Origin: Podarcis cretensis
Lineage: Eukaryota
DNA: 64,000 nucleotides
NCBI GenBank assembly: GCA_951804945.1
Contig: OX638158.1
Coordinates: 31,930,001-31,994,000 of the forward strand
Direction of reading: 5' to 3'
Positions 12,726 to 26,665 of this stretch are shown here, in pieces. Below the pieces are notes generated by a model that had not been told where the DNA came from, did no database searches, and saw nothing but the letters and a program-made list of their open reading frames with translations. Position 1 is the first letter of the stretch, and the number at the start of each line of letters is the position of its first letter. A program made the position numbers and the translations under genes.

Positions 12726-14478
12726 CAGCATTGTTGTTTTTTTGCTGCCGTGCTATGGCATGAGTCAGATTTTAGCTGGAGCTGACAGTATACAAAATTC
12801 ATTTTTGGCTTTGTAATCATGGGTTTTGTCGTTTGTTTTTAGTTTAAAAAAGTGCCTAAATATTCCATTAGTGGGTCTGTAACCTAGGTTTAAGGGGCCA
12901 TATGACAAATAGCTTTAATATCTCTGTTTTTAACACTGCTCTTCATAGAACTGGTCAAACAGTTACCTCAATGAGAGAGGGGCAGGCACATGCAGGAGTA
13001 GGGGAGGAACAAATTATTGTTGTTATTATTTATTAAGTTTATATACTACCCTTTATCCGAGGATCACAGCATGGTTTAGAATATAAAAATACATAACATA
13101 GTAACAAGCAAAAACAATAACCCACACCCATTCACGGTTTAAAAGGCCATAGGGACTATAGAGTGGGCAGGAGCACACTTCTCATAGTTTAAAATAAACT
13201 ATGGAGTAATGTTATGTACAAACTGAGCCAGTGTAAACTTGTACACCATAATCCATATAGCATTGGCAAAGAGCACTTTAAAAGCTTCACTGTATGACTA
13301 TAGATCATGCTAATTAGGTATGTTGTATTACTATTTATTACTCTAATAAAGGGTAAGTTTATTAGTTGTGATTGAAATACAATTGGTATTGGGTACACGA
13401 ATTAATTTGAAGAGAGTGAAGCTATCTGTGAGTGCCACAATCCTACCACATGTATAGGGGAGTTCCATTCATGTCAGTGGGGTTTTACTATGAATCGCCA
13501 TAATACCCATACATGTGAAGAGTCAAAGATCTGGAATTTACAGCATTGCTAAAGGGTAATTCAATTGTAGTATTATGATATAGTCAGTTTGGGAAGGATG
13601 AAACATGGTTCATGTGGAACAGTAACGCAGAGGAAAGCTCATTTCAATTATTAGTGTAACTTTTGTTCAAACTGGAGTTAGCCTTTGCCTATGGTGCCCA
13701 GTTAGTTTCAAGCTGTGAAGCTCCAGTATACTTGAAAACAGGCTGAAAGTGAAGAAATCCCTTTACTACTGTATTTGGGTGAAGCTGACATGAAAACTGA
13801 ATTTCTCCCATGGATGGTACAATGTTAGTTGTGCTGAACTCTCATACCTTGACCCCTTGTTAAAAGAGAAAAACAATAATTATTCCTTCCCAGTTAATGA
13901 AGCAAGCCTGAAGATCCTTAAAACCAAATCAAGTCAAGCTCTCTGAAGTTGAATGAAAAGCAATATGGAATAATGCTTGCATTGCCACTTCCAAAGATCA
14001 GCCTCAGAAGTGGTGTTGCAAGGTGGTTGCTAAGCAGAATAGGACATATATTTCTAATTATCACCTCAGCAATATTAGTTTGCTGTGTTGTATTGGTAGT
14101 GGCTACAATAACTATGTCTTCTGTGCTTGATCTGTCCTTTGCATTGCTCCATATTTAGGGATGGTATGTTTATGTGTTGGCTGCAGGAGGTTAGAAAATA
14201 TTGATTCATGAAATCATTCCTCATACTCATTATATTAGTAGGCTGTGTTGTATGGCTGCTTTCTTTAGGGACTATATGAGCATTAAGTTGCATTGTGGAA
14301 TTTTGCTTGAGAATGGGTTTTCTTCAAAGGAATAAGAGCTTCCTCTGAGAGAGAGGATTTATTAAGTTATCTTAAAGTAATTCATATAGCTGCTGCTTCC
14401 ACAGGTTTAAGCAAACTTTCAAAAGACATGAATAACTTCTTTGTGTTTTGCTGACTTCTAGAGAACTGTCAGGGTTAG

Positions 14479-14865
<387 letters not shown>

Positions 14866-15291
14866 TAGGAAGCTAATACTGTTTGAAAAACAATTTTGCA
14901 GTAATTTGTGCTCACAAGTTACAAGGTCAGGATGAGAGATACAGATACTGAAGTTTTAGCAATCAACTTTGGCCTCCACTGTGCAATAAGTAATAAGAGA
15001 TCTAGACTGGGTGACCTATTGCAAAGAGCAGAAAAGCCTTGATCTGTACTTGGGTAAGATAAGTTTCAATCAACTAAGATTTCCCTTGACCTATCAGTCA
15101 AAAGAAGACTTAAGGGGAAAGTTTTCAATTCTGGAGATATAGATATATGCAGTCCAATATACTCAGAAGCATGAGTCACACTGTACTCCAAGTAATTGTG
15201 CATAGATTCTGTGCATCAGTAGCACATGTATAGCTGGCTCAAAGAAATTTAAAGTTTTAAGTGTAAAATTACTTTTTAACCCTCTTTTTAG

Positions 15292-15405
15292 TGGCTCACT
15301 GTGCATCTTCACGACAAATCATATCGCACTGGAAGAATTGTACACGGCATGACTGTCCTGTGTGTCTCCCTCTCAAGAATGCTGGGGACAAAAGAAATCA
15401 ACAAT
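15292..15405 (+). CDS. EP300: EP300 exon 5 (114 nt), TAZ1 C-part
   Basis: ttttag|TGGCTC...CAAT|gtaagt; [29 protein letters not shown]. Confidence 0.97.
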
Positions 15406-15824
15406 GTAAGTAGTCACTAATTTATTTCTTTTTAGGGCATTACAGATTTGCAGTATCACTCCATTTCTCATAATGTTTCTCCTAATACTATTAATGGCTG
15501 GTGTGAGAGACAGCTGCAGGATCAAGTTCCTACAGGTCAAGAAGTGCTCCTGACAGCAGGGACCCTCGATATACATGGACCCTCTACTCTGGCCTCACTA
15601 TCATATTGTGATGGCAGTCGTGTCTGCAAATACAGTAGGACGCAGCCATAGCTGCCCAAGTTGTGGTAGGCAGCAGCCTCCATGCTTATCAGGTCAGCAA
15701 CAGACACAGTTTAATGCCCCAAACCTTATTGGTGTGTTACTAAGGACTTTATAAAAGGGTTGGTGTGTTTTATGTTCATTCTAGTCACTGTTTTTGATCG
15801 TTTTCATGTCTTCATTTTTTCTAG

Positions 15825-16061
15825 CATTACTAGGTGGTGCTGCAGTAGGACTTGGAAATTCTGGCTCTGTAGGGGTTGGTCAGCAGACAACCCCCAACAT
15901 AAATACTGCTAACCAGATTGACCCCAGTTCGATTGAGCGGGCTTATGCTGCCCTTGGACTGACGTATCAAGGGAATCAGATGCAGACGCAGACACAAGCT
16001 CAAGTGAAGAGCCAGCAGCAAGGACAGTCACCGCAGGGACTTCGCCCCATGAATCCTACAA
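15825..16061 (+). CDS. EP300: EP300 exon 6 (237 nt)
   Basis: ttctag|CATTAC...TACAA|gtatgt; QIDPSSIERAYAALGL. Confidence 0.94.
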
Positions 16062-16661
16062 GTATGTTAACTTCATTTTTAAAATGTATATCCCACCTTA
16101 TTTCAGAAGGAAGCTAACAACTCCAAATCATAGCAACAATAAAATATGTAATTCCACATTAAAACAAAAATATGACCATCAGCACCTAAGCTACAACTTA
16201 TTCAAGTATTTTACTAAAGGCATTTGTGAAGTTTTGCATCCATTGGGAGAATGGGTGATAGTGAGGCGAGGCTTTGTACATGACAAAAGCAAGTTTTCAA
16301 GGTTTCATTGTTCTCTAGTATAACCAAAAAGTTGAACTCAGGGTAGTCTTAGTGAGGGGTTATCTCAGTGATTCCCATTGAGTTCATTTTTAATTTGATG
16401 AACAAATTAAACACGCTGCAATCTGAGATTCAGTTAAGGAAGCAAAATCTGCCTCTGCCATCATAAGTGCTCCCTCCCCCCTTGAGCTGCTCCTACACAT
16501 TCATATGGAGGGAAAGAAGCCGTTTTGTAGTAGGGCCAAAATCTGTTTTGCAGCAATGATAGCAGCATGTGTACCCTAGAATATTTGGAAACAACTTAAG
16601 CACCCAAAGCAATTAATCTACAGTAGAGCATATTTTAATTTTTTTCTTTCTTTTGGTCTAG

Positions 16662-16755
16662 ATGCTAATCCTATGGGAGTGAATGGAGGTGTTGGTGTTC
16701 AAGCCCAGAGTCTTCTACCTGAATCAATGTTGCATCCAGCTATGAATTCTCAAAA
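16662..16755 (+). CDS. EP300: EP300 exon 7 (94 nt)
   Basis: gtctag|ATGCTA...CAAAA|gtaagt; NPMGVNGGVGVQ...MNSQ. Confidence 0.93.
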
Positions 16756-17901
16756 GTAAGTTTATTTTTAATTGTATAGAAAGCAACTTTTGGAATAACA
16801 CATTGAGGAAAGAATTCACAAAAGTGACAGAGCTACAAAATAGTAACTTTGAACAAGAGGGATTTTTACAAAAGGAAAATATTGTATACTTTAAAATTTT
16901 ATCTGTGACCTCTGAATAAAGCTCTTTATGATAGAGATGGCTTTTTTGTCTGCCTGATCTAAATCTGAGTTAGCATAGAGATACTCTGTCTGTTCTGCCA
17001 TAGGGGCTCCACATTTACCTGAAAAACTTTTTGTAAAGGTTATAGGTAAAGCAAAATACCTTGCAGTAGCTGCATTGCTTTCATAGTAGATATACATGCG
17101 TCTTGTTACTGAATTCTGTAGTGCTGCTACACGCTCTTAGATCGCCGGTTCTATTTTGACTGGAAAGTGTTGGCATGTAAATGTTGTCAGTGAAGTAGTA
17201 TAGCGCATTCTGCTAGTGATACACATGCTATATAGCACATGTTTTGAACTATGATATATAATATGAATATATATCATATACTGGGCTAAATAATTAATTC
17301 TGTTCCCCAAAAAGGTACATGTTGTGATTGGTAGATATTGTACAAATTAAAGTTGGTTATTGTGCATAATGTTGCTACTGCTGCTCATTGCTTGGGACAC
17401 AGGTCAAGTGAGGACACCGAAGCTTCAGCTCCTGACCACTGTAAATTATTGTTGGTTAATAACAAGTACTCAGGACTTTCCAGATGCAAGAAATGGCAGC
17501 TAATGTTCAAAATTGTATTTCTCCATCTATAAAGTGGAAAGTGAATGAATATTGGAACTCACCTTAATGTAGAGCCTTGCCTGAAAGAAGAGTGCAATAT
17601 CATCCATATGTATTTTAGCACCAATAGTGACTTGCTATTCCTTGGCCCCAAGGTATTAAGCCATTATTTATTTACAGTTGTCTCTTTACATAAAACAGTG
17701 TTTCAGAAGTTCATAAGTGCACGCGCACACACACACACACACAGAGAAAAGAAATGTTTATCCACCTATGGCTGAGCAGGAATCTGAGCATGAGTAGGCC
17801 ACTTTCATATACAATTACTTGCGATGTGTTTACATATAAAGAAAGTCTCACTTAACAAGGTTTATTGTGTCTTTGATAATCGCCTCTTTTTTTTTTAATA
17901 G

Positions 17902-18039
17902 TACCATGATGAATGAAAATGCCAATGTTGCCAGTTTGGGAGCGATGCCTACAGCAACACATCCTTCTGGCATTGGAATTCGGAAACCATGGCATGAAGA
18001 TATTACTCAGGACCTCAGAAATCACCTTGTTCATAAACT
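17902..18039 (+). CDS. EP300: EP300 exon 8 (138 nt), KIX start
   Basis: taatag|TACCAT...AAACT|gtaagt; GIRKPWHEDITQDLRNHLVHK. Confidence 0.97.
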
Positions 18040-18906
18040 GTAAGTATTGATCACCAAATCTTCAAACATCTAGATGAAATAATTGAAATAGTGCAATAAA
18101 AGTACTTAAACCTTCTAAATGTATCTGCTGCATTCCTTCCATAGGTGATGGGTGTAACTACTCACTTTGTTACCTCGTTAACTTTACAGTTACTGGTATC
18201 CCTTGTATGGGAGTTGTGGGAGACTGAGCAGGAGTCTAAAGATCAGACAGAGTTATTAATGAAAGGAGAAAATCAGCCTTATGACCAAAGATGGCAATAC
18301 TTCCAATTTGCTGCCTAGCTCATTTGGAATCTCTACATTGAACCAAATGCCTAAAAGGGTGTTGTAGTTGGAATTCAGAGGAAACAGCCAGTGGGGGCCA
18401 AGTGGTGTGATCTGGTTCTAGCATGTCATCCATGTTGTCTTAAGCTATCTTTTTTTTGTCATTAGAGTTTAATTTCTCAGTAATTGTTTCCACACCCTGC
18501 TCCTGAAGACACAAGTCATTTCCAGGGCTAAATGGCAATTCTGTGCATGATGTGATGGGTGAACAAACACACAGCAATTGCCCAAATAAATTATCCTAGG
18601 TTACGAGCCATTTTTCGGTACTTAGAACATTTGCCACATAAACTCCCCCCCCCCCCCCCACCAAGGCATCCATAGGGTAATTGAAATGACTTCCAATAAA
18701 CCAAAGAGAGATGATCTTGAACATGCCCAGAACATTTTTCTATACTGACTCAATAAGGAAGAAGAAATTATTACTGGTTTCGACCAGGAGACAGACTCAT
18801 TGTGATAGATTTATTTGGAAGATTTTTATTTAACATCGCTGTTTTCCTCCAAGGTAGCATACTTGGTGTATTGTCCTCTATCCTTCTCAGTTACAACAAT
18901 GACAGT

Positions 18907-19256
18907 GGCCTAGTTTGCATGTCACATTAACCCATAGTTAAACAGTGCTTTAATATGCTGATGCACACCGCTCAAAACTTTCATGTTGCTTCTCCCTTGC
19001 TTCTGCTGTGCTAAAGATGAAGCAAATCAGACTCTAGCTTGTCTGGAACAAACCTTGGTTTCAGTCCACAGTCTGGACAAAATGATCCACAGGCTCGGGT
19101 TTGGCTGACAAGCCAGGTCGCTCTGGCTTATTTTGTCCACAGTGTAACATGAGTGTGCGTGGAAGGAGTGCCATGAGAACTTTCGAGCAGCATGTTTCTC
19201 TTTCACATTAAATTATAATTTGTTTTAAACTATGGTTCAATGTGATACACACCAGG
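18907..19256. mobile_element. Degraded palindromic MITE (possibly PIF/Harbinger-like)
   Basis: Left arm TCACATTAACCCATAGTTAAAC pairs with right arm TTTAAACTATGGTTCAATGTGA; inner CTTGTC...GACAAG symmetry. Confidence 0.5.
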
Positions 19257-19711
19257 TTAGTGAGAATTTGAATTTACCTCCCCAGGCTAAATGCATTTTC
19301 CTTAGCACTGTTCCACTCAGGATCTTATGCATCAGCTAATTGGAGTGCAATAAGCTGGGGGAGACTTCAGGCTTTAATACCCCCCCCCCAAGAACCTTAA
19401 GTTCTGCCAGCAAGAGCTAGAGGAACTATTGGGTGGATATACTTAAAATTCAGAATCTCTTGAGGCTGAACACATTATCAGGCTAATCACAATTTTAGTA
19501 CCAAAAATTAGCTGACAACCCTTTCACAGAAAAATCAATTCCTGCTAACGCACTCCCTGCCCCCCAAGTTTTCTTTTGAGTAACCCATTTTGCTACTGAT
19601 AAACTATTTGGAGTCAAACCATTGTGGATCTTCAGCAAATCATCCAGAGATCTACTTTATGCTTACACATGGATTAAGGGGAATGTAATAAGTAGTCTAT
19701 GTAATCTAGAC

Positions 19712-19848
19712 CAGGCATAGGCAAACACGGCCCTCCAGATGTTTTGGGACTACAACTCCCATCATCCCTAGCTAACAGGACCAGTGATTAGGGATGATGG
19801 GAATTGTAGTCCCAAAAACATCTGGAGGGCTGAGTTTGCCTATGCCTG
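19712..19848. mobile_element. Young palindromic hAT MITE (137 bp)
   Basis: TIR CAGGCATAGGCAAAC/GTTTGCCTATGCCTG, near-perfect fold-back, exact 8-bp TSD ATCTAGAC. Confidence 0.92.
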
Positions 19849-20742
19849 ATCTAGACCATTGCCACTTCTTCATGATGGGGAAAAACAGTTTAATTGAAAA
19901 GAAAAAGCCCAGGTTGTATTTGCTAGGATGCTTCAGGGGCTTGCTTAGTAGTGCTGTAAGTAACAGTGTTGCTCATCGGACCGCACACTGTTGAGTAAGG
20001 GACAGTTCTTAATCATAATTCACATATTGCACTGATTGGATGAAGATTGGTTTTGTTGTCTGTCTTCTGGCCCAGTTTTATTGAAACAATAGGTGTTTCA
20101 GTGTGGCAAACTTCGGTTCTTATTCAGACATCATATTCAAAGAGCGTATGAGTGGAAAGTAGCCTTTTGTTAGGAACCCCTGGAACTAGAACTGAGAACT
20201 TTTGGATCTATGCTCTGCTGCCCCTTGTGGTAAGACACTTCATGTTACAGATTGAAAGGTTCAGAAGACTATCATTTCCTCTGAGGCTGTAGGGTGATTC
20301 TGCTGGATCAGTCGCATTCCCTGAAATAACAAGGTTATAAAAGCATGTTTTGCCTGAGAAATGGTTATCATGACTTTCTCTTTCTTCCTGTTGTACCAAG
20401 CTATACTCTGCTGGATTCTCTTCAATTTCTTTTTCCAGAATTTGTTCTGCTTGTGAGCTAGCATCACAACCACTAAATTCATATTTGTACTGAACACCTA
20501 TTCCTAATTAAGGCATCTTATGTTATCTGGATGTTGCAATCTTTCAGTGAGTTGAATTAGACAATTTGTACCTCTTGGTGCAGTACAGCTACAGAATTCC
20601 CATCTATGATTGTTCTTGGCTTTTACCAGAAGTTGACAAAAATTAAGAATAGCATAAACTCTAGCTGTGGGCATTAGATTTTTGGATCCAGAAGTTCAGG
20701 AGACAAATAGTTGGTTCAAGGTTTCCCTCTATATTCTTGCAG

Positions 20743-20860
20743 AGTACAAGCCATATTTCCAACTCCTGACCCTGCAGCACTAAAAGATAGGCGCATGGCA
20801 AATCTTGTTTCCTATGCTCGGAAAGTAGAAGGGGACATGTATGAATCAGCAAATAGCAGG
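20743..20860 (+). CDS. EP300: EP300 exon 9 (118 nt), KIX
   Basis: ttgcag|AGTACA...GCAGG|gtaagt; [18 protein letters not shown]...ESANSR. Confidence 0.97.
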
Positions 20861-22416
20861 GTAAGTTATTTTGTAATTTTCTGGTATCAAAGTATTAATT
20901 TATGAATTGATTTGTCTTTTTGTCATTTCTATAATTATGTTGATCAAAAGCCAGTCATGTTCTTTTCCATTGCATGGTATATATAATAAGTATTTGGAAG
21001 GAATGCTTCAGTAATACTAATGAATCATCATTTGTAGCAAATTCCAATTTTCTCTGAAGCAAGTTCCAAGGATTCAAACATATTCTATTTTAGGAGCAGG
21101 AAACATTTTAGGTTTTGCAACCCAGATCCCTAGTAGATGCTAGCTTTGTGTCTACCTTCCTGTCAATCACTGGATGTCAGAATGGCATCATTGCAGAGAG
21201 CCTTGCACAGTGCTTTAAAGTGTTTGAAGCTTTAGCTTTGTAGAGGCAAAGTCTGCCTTCCCTGCCAGGACACAGTGGCACTGTTGTGTATCAATAGCTG
21301 TGTATCAACAGCTGCATTGACAGCTGCATCTCTACCTATCCCACACCTGATGTCATATGTGACATACTTTGGGGGAAACTGCTTTGCAGGCCAAATATGA
21401 AACTCTGGTTTGGACTGTGGGCCAGAGGTCCCCCCCCCCCACTGCTGCTATTTTCACCAAGAAACAGAAGCCAGATTGGGGTGACAAAGCCCTGGTTCTG
21501 AGCAGTTCCTGCTATACCTCATATAAATAGGATAGTATTTAGCAAATGTGAGGAATGAAACCTGCTCTGACCAAGAAACTAGCCCCCATTTCAGTAGTTC
21601 TCCTGGTTATACTCCTTTGCTTTTGTCCATTTACTCCAATAATGAAGTGCTGCAGTTGGGACAATGTTGCCTTATGGCCAAACCTGCCTACCATGCCAGA
21701 CACTGGGTATTTGCATGCAAAGGACAGACTCTTGAGACCTTGTATTCTGGGACCTAGTAGAGTGCTGTCTGTCAGTTGAAGCAGGAGGCAGAGGCTGAGT
21801 TCCAAAGCTACAAACAAAGAATATTAGCAAAATATCATTCTGGTGTAGGCTCATTCCAGTGATGAGTTACTTGGAATAAGGAGTAAACTTTTGAGGCTAG
21901 TATTTTATAGGGCCTGCTGACTAGATACTTGTACTTGTGGTCAGCTGACTGAATGCTCAGGCAACCTAGAACTGCAGCCTAGATGATGCCCTTGAATTAC
22001 GGAACACAATCTGCCAGACTTGAAGTGTAAATTGAACAGTTTTGCCATAGGAAGTAAGGCACTGAATCTTGATTGCCTGGGCTTACATGTACAAGACCAC
22101 TCCCTGGTACTTCAAAGTATCCTGGCCTCTACTGATGGGGACCCCAGTCACATTCTCCCCACTCCCCCTTTCTAGGTCAGTACAGTATGAAGGGCAACCT
22201 ATGTGTGTATACCATCCATCACAAGGATCAGCATTTTACTAGTATGGATTAAAATGAAATTCTAATAAGAATGTGGCCACTATTTTCTGTGCAGGAAAAA
22301 AAGATTACAACTTAATATGGTGTAGCTGGAGGATTCCTTCAGTCTCGGGTGGATTGGAAATATGCATGTTGTAAGCTTTCCTTATGTATGCATCTCATAT
22401 ACTTTTCTCATTGCAG

Positions 22417-22588
22417 GCAGAGTACTACCACTTATTAGCAGAGAAAATTTATAAGATCCAGAAGGAACTGGAGGAAAAGAGGAGGACCAGGCTACAAAGG
22501 CAGAATATGATACCAAATGCCCCAGTCATGCCACCAGCTCCTATCAGTCAGGGCCCCATGGGGCAGCCACAACCCGTGATGACAGCAA
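22417..22588 (+). CDS. EP300: EP300 exon 10 (172 nt), KIX end
   Basis: ttgcag|GCAGAG...AGCAA|gtaagt; AEYYHLLAEKIYKIQKELEEKRR. Confidence 0.97.
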
Positions 22589-23345
22589 GTAAGTGTTGTA
22601 CCCTTACAAAGTTTGATTTAACAATAACAATGAATTTAACAACAAGAATAGACATTTGAATCTATTTGATTCTTGGGCACTCAAGAATTACAAGGGTGAC
22701 AGTCATCCTCCAGCTGGGTACAGAGGGAATAATCCATATGAGCCTTCACCCCATATAGTTGTGTGATTTGTTCAGAGCCTAGAAGTGCATAGTGTGAAAA
22801 CATGGCAAAGTAGTTGTGTCTGTGTGAAAGGTGGCATTGGGACAAGCATGTGTGAAAACGGCTAACTCATTATCAGCATTCTGATATATCTGTATAATTG
22901 CAAACATTTGATCAATAAAACATATAGTTCTACACAAATGACATTACACCCTTTAATCTCTCTTCAGTTACATATAGTTCTGTTTAAGGTTTCCTTTGTT
23001 CTGCTTGTGATACATAATCGTCAGTTTCAGGGAGGATGCTTGGAGAACTGTGCATGCTTTCACATTCTGTTGAAAGTACCTTCAGAATAATGCCCTTCAT
23101 CCTGGCATTTCATTTCTAAAGATACATTTGGTTCTTGAAAATAGAACTTGGTTGATCAGCTGCTGAATTTTATAAAGATAGCGCTGCTGTTAGGTTTTTA
23201 GCATCCTAGATGTAAAAGTTAATATTCCCCAAATGCTGAAATATGTCCAAGAATTTAAGAATTAAAGTTCCCCGTACCCTAAAGTGACTTTTTTAAAAAT
23301 GAAAATGTCTGAATTCTTTAATTTTGGTGTTCAACTACATTACAG

Positions 23346-23423
23346 ACGGTCCTCTTCCTGATCCATCTATGATTCGTGCCAATGTGCCAAACCAGATGGT
23401 GAATCGAATGCAGACACCATCAG
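23346..23423 (+). CDS. EP300: EP300 exon 11 (78 nt)
   Basis: ttacag|ACGGTC...ATCAG|gtaaga; NGPLPDPSMIRANVPNQM. Confidence 0.93.
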
Positions 23424-24340
23424 GTAAGAGTTCAGAAAAAGAGAGGTGAACAACTTGGCACTATAGTAGGGACATTTCATTGTCTCTACCACTTCCCATG
23501 CCAGCTCCAGCATGGTCCCCTACCTGACAGTGCTTCCACCCTATTCGGCTCCCACTTCGGTGCTACCACAGCATGCCACCACCATCAGTTATTCACCTTC
23601 CTCCAGATATGTTTCCTGCATGGCATGCTTTGGAATGGGTGCTGAGCTAGTGCTTAGCAGCTGCCTGCCAATGTAAATTGCCCCAAATGCTATGCTTGAC
23701 ATTGCCCATCATGCAATGTCCAACATCATTCTAAAATGTCAAGCCACCACAAGCAGATCAGAGCCGAGCACTGAGTTGGCATAGATTCCAAAGTGCTGGC
23801 ACATGTTGGGTCAGTATGTCCAGATGTGAGAGGCCAACAGCAGCATTGGGCAGGACATGGCAGTGGAATGGCAGGACACAGCAGCAGCAACGTCAATTGC
23901 CAAAATCTTTCCACATACTTTACAGTGTCTCTAAGAGCCACCCTTTTCTTTTTATTGCAACAGGCCATGTCCATATGTAATCATTTTCCCCAAGCTGTGT
24001 TTTCTTGATTTTTCTGCATTTCTGGTACATTTTCCTCTCTTGATTTGTTTCAGAATGTCAGTGCTGTAAGTGTCTCTTTCCAGTGCCATGATAAAGTTCC
24101 TATTTGCCTTTGCTTCCTGTCTCTATTCATTTTAACTTCAAGCTTCACACTCCCTTGGGTCTCCTTATTCTCTTGCACACAGTCCTGATACTGGTTTGTC
24201 CCTGACATCTTCCTCCTTCTTTCTTGCCTATTTAAAAGATTCCCATCCTTCTCTGATTTTTACAAATTTAACTTTTTGTGTGGCATAGTATAAATATTCT
24301 GATGAACTCACCAATCTTGTTTAAACATGTAAACTTCCAG

Positions 24341-24450
24341 GAATGAATCAGTTTGGCCAGATGACCATGCAAATGCAGTCAGTTGGACCCCGGCAAACTC
24401 CTCCCCTTCAGCACCCTGGACAGCTAAGCCAGACGGGGACCATGAACCAG
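24341..24450 (+). CDS. EP300: EP300 exon 12 (110 nt)
   Basis: ttccag|GAATGA...ACCAG|gttggt; MNQFGQM...RQTPPLQH. Confidence 0.92.
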
Positions 24451-24909
24451 GTTGGTTGACTTTGCTTTCCATTGTTGGCTGCTGTGCCCAAACTATATAG
24501 GTGCTGTTTGACTCAAGTCCTGCTCAGAGTAGACCTGTTGAAATTAAGAGATCTGACTTGGTCATGTTTATTAATTTTGGTGGGTCTACCTTGAATACCA
24601 CCCTATATATTTAAATGTGTTGGTAGTCCACTCTCTAAATAGGGAGTACTGTTCATATTTTAACCAGTTATGTTAACTAAGTTAGACCTGCAACATGCTT
24701 CAAATAATGAATTTTATTGGGCTACTGGGCTGAGAATCCAGAGGCAGTACCATTTAAGTCTCTGGCCATGATAGTCCCTGGCAACTTATCTGATAAGAGG
24801 GTATCAATAAATTTGCTATGTTAATGTCTGGAAGTACTATGTCATTCTTAACATTGACTATTAGCTTGATACAATGTTTTATTCATTCATAATAAATACT
24901 TTGTTACAG

Positions 24910-25062
24910 ATGGGATTTTCCCCACGTATGCAACAAGGGGTGTCACAACCTTCCAATCAAAGTCAGTTCCTTCAGCAGACCCAATATCCTACATTGTCTC
25001 CTGGAATGAATCCAACAAGCACGCCTATGACTCAACCTGGCAATCAGACTCCCACGTCTCAA
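24910..25062 (+). CDS. EP300: EP300 exon 13 (153 nt)
   Basis: ttacag|ATGGGA...CTCAA|gtatgt; MGFSPRMQQ...PSNQSQFL. Confidence 0.9.
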
Positions 25063-25524
25063 GTATGTTGAGAGAAGTTCTGTTGGCAGGCTGTTTGGAT
25101 GTGGATTTGATTGTGTGTGTGGTAGACCTGGATGAATGATAAAAAGGGAGCAAAATTATTAATTCAAGACAGTTACTGGCACTACTGATTATCTAGTGAG
25201 GACCATCTTTCAGGCAAGCGTACTTAGTACTTATCCTTAAGTTCTCTGTGCACTGCCTTCCATTTTACTCACATTCTCATTGGTTGGCAAGTAGTTCTAC
25301 AGGAGTGCCACTGAGTGGGAGAAGGAGGAGGATGGGCCAAAGCTCCACCATTCTCCGATGTGAACTGCCTGCAAGTCACACCACTCCCTCCACATCCTTT
25401 TCTCCTTTGTGTTCCAAACTGAGGGAGCAGGAGCTGATGGAGACTAGATCTGCCCCTGGGACTTTCAGTTGTTGATACCAAACATAGTTTATTCAGATAC
25501 TGACAATTCCTTTTTTTTCAACAG

Positions 25525-25995
25525 GCACAAATGACCAGCTCTTCCTGTCCTGTGACTTCTCCAGTAGTGGCGCCAGGTTCTCAAGGGAGTCATATTCATT
25601 GCCCTCCTATTCCACAGTCTACTTTACATCGAAACTCTCCTTCTCCAGTACCAAGTCGTACTCCCACACCTCACCATACACCCCCAGGACTGGTATCCCA
25701 GCAGCAGCAGCAGCAGCAGCAGCAACCAGCACCACCACAGGCAACAATTGCGTCTGCTCCTGCCACTGTTCCTCAAGCGATGCCACCTGGACCACCGTCA
25801 CAAACTATGCACCCCCCACAGAGGCAGACCCCAACACCTCCCCAGGCTCAGCTGACTCCACAAGTGCAGCCTCCAGTTTCTGTTACCCCTTCTGCAGAGC
25901 AGCAGCTGCCACAGCAACCTCTTTCGCAACAGAGCACGACTGCATCTGTGCCCACCCCTACAGCAGCACTGCAGCCTCAGCATCCTACAACACCC
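25525..25995 (+). CDS. EP300: EP300 exon 14 (471 nt), Pro/Gln-rich
   Basis: caacag|GCACAA...CACCC|gtaagg; AQMTSSSCPV...SPSPVPSRTPTPHHTPP. Confidence 0.95.
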
Positions 25996-26473
25996 GTAAG
26001 GAAGTTTAAGTTTTCTAGGGCTATTAAGAGTGAAAGTCCAACCTTGGGCAAAATCTTTTTAGGTTGTTATATACAGTATCAAAGGTTAAATGGTTTCTGC
26101 TGTCTCAATAGCATGCATTGCATGAAGGTATAGAACAGTATGCTGGACTTTGGAATGCATGCTGTCTTTTGTATAGCAGAGTTTCAAAGAATTAATTCAG
26201 CTACAGATGTCTGATAAAAATATGTGTGTGTGATTTCTGGGGAAGAAGGTGCAGAAAGTGGTATAGCTAGACATAATTCCGTGGTAGGCTAGTATTAAGA
26301 TATTGGGGTTTTTTTGTGTAGCGCCTCTTCTTATTGAGATGCACGTGGCATAAGTTGCTTGAGATACCATCTAGCTTAGAAGCACAAAATAAAGCAAAGA
26401 ATACAATTGCTGCAAAACTGTGTAGCACTACTTGACATGTAGCTTTACTAGTTTTGTTGCTTTCATTCTGTAG

Positions 26474-26665
26474 CTTTCACATCCAGGTGCAAACATTGAT
26501 GGGCAAGTATCAAACCCACCATCCACCAACAGTGCAGATGTGAACTCTCAACAGGCTGCTCCTGAACAGCAGCAGCAGCAGCCTTTGCCTGAAATTAAAA
26601 TGGAGATTAAAATGGAAGAGGAGGAGTCAGAACAAACAGATCTTCAAATGGAGGAGAAGCCAGAG
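26474..26665 (+). CDS. EP300: EP300 exon 15 (192 nt)
   Basis: ctgtag|CTTTCA...CAGAG|gtgaga; IDGQVSNPPST. Confidence 0.92.
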
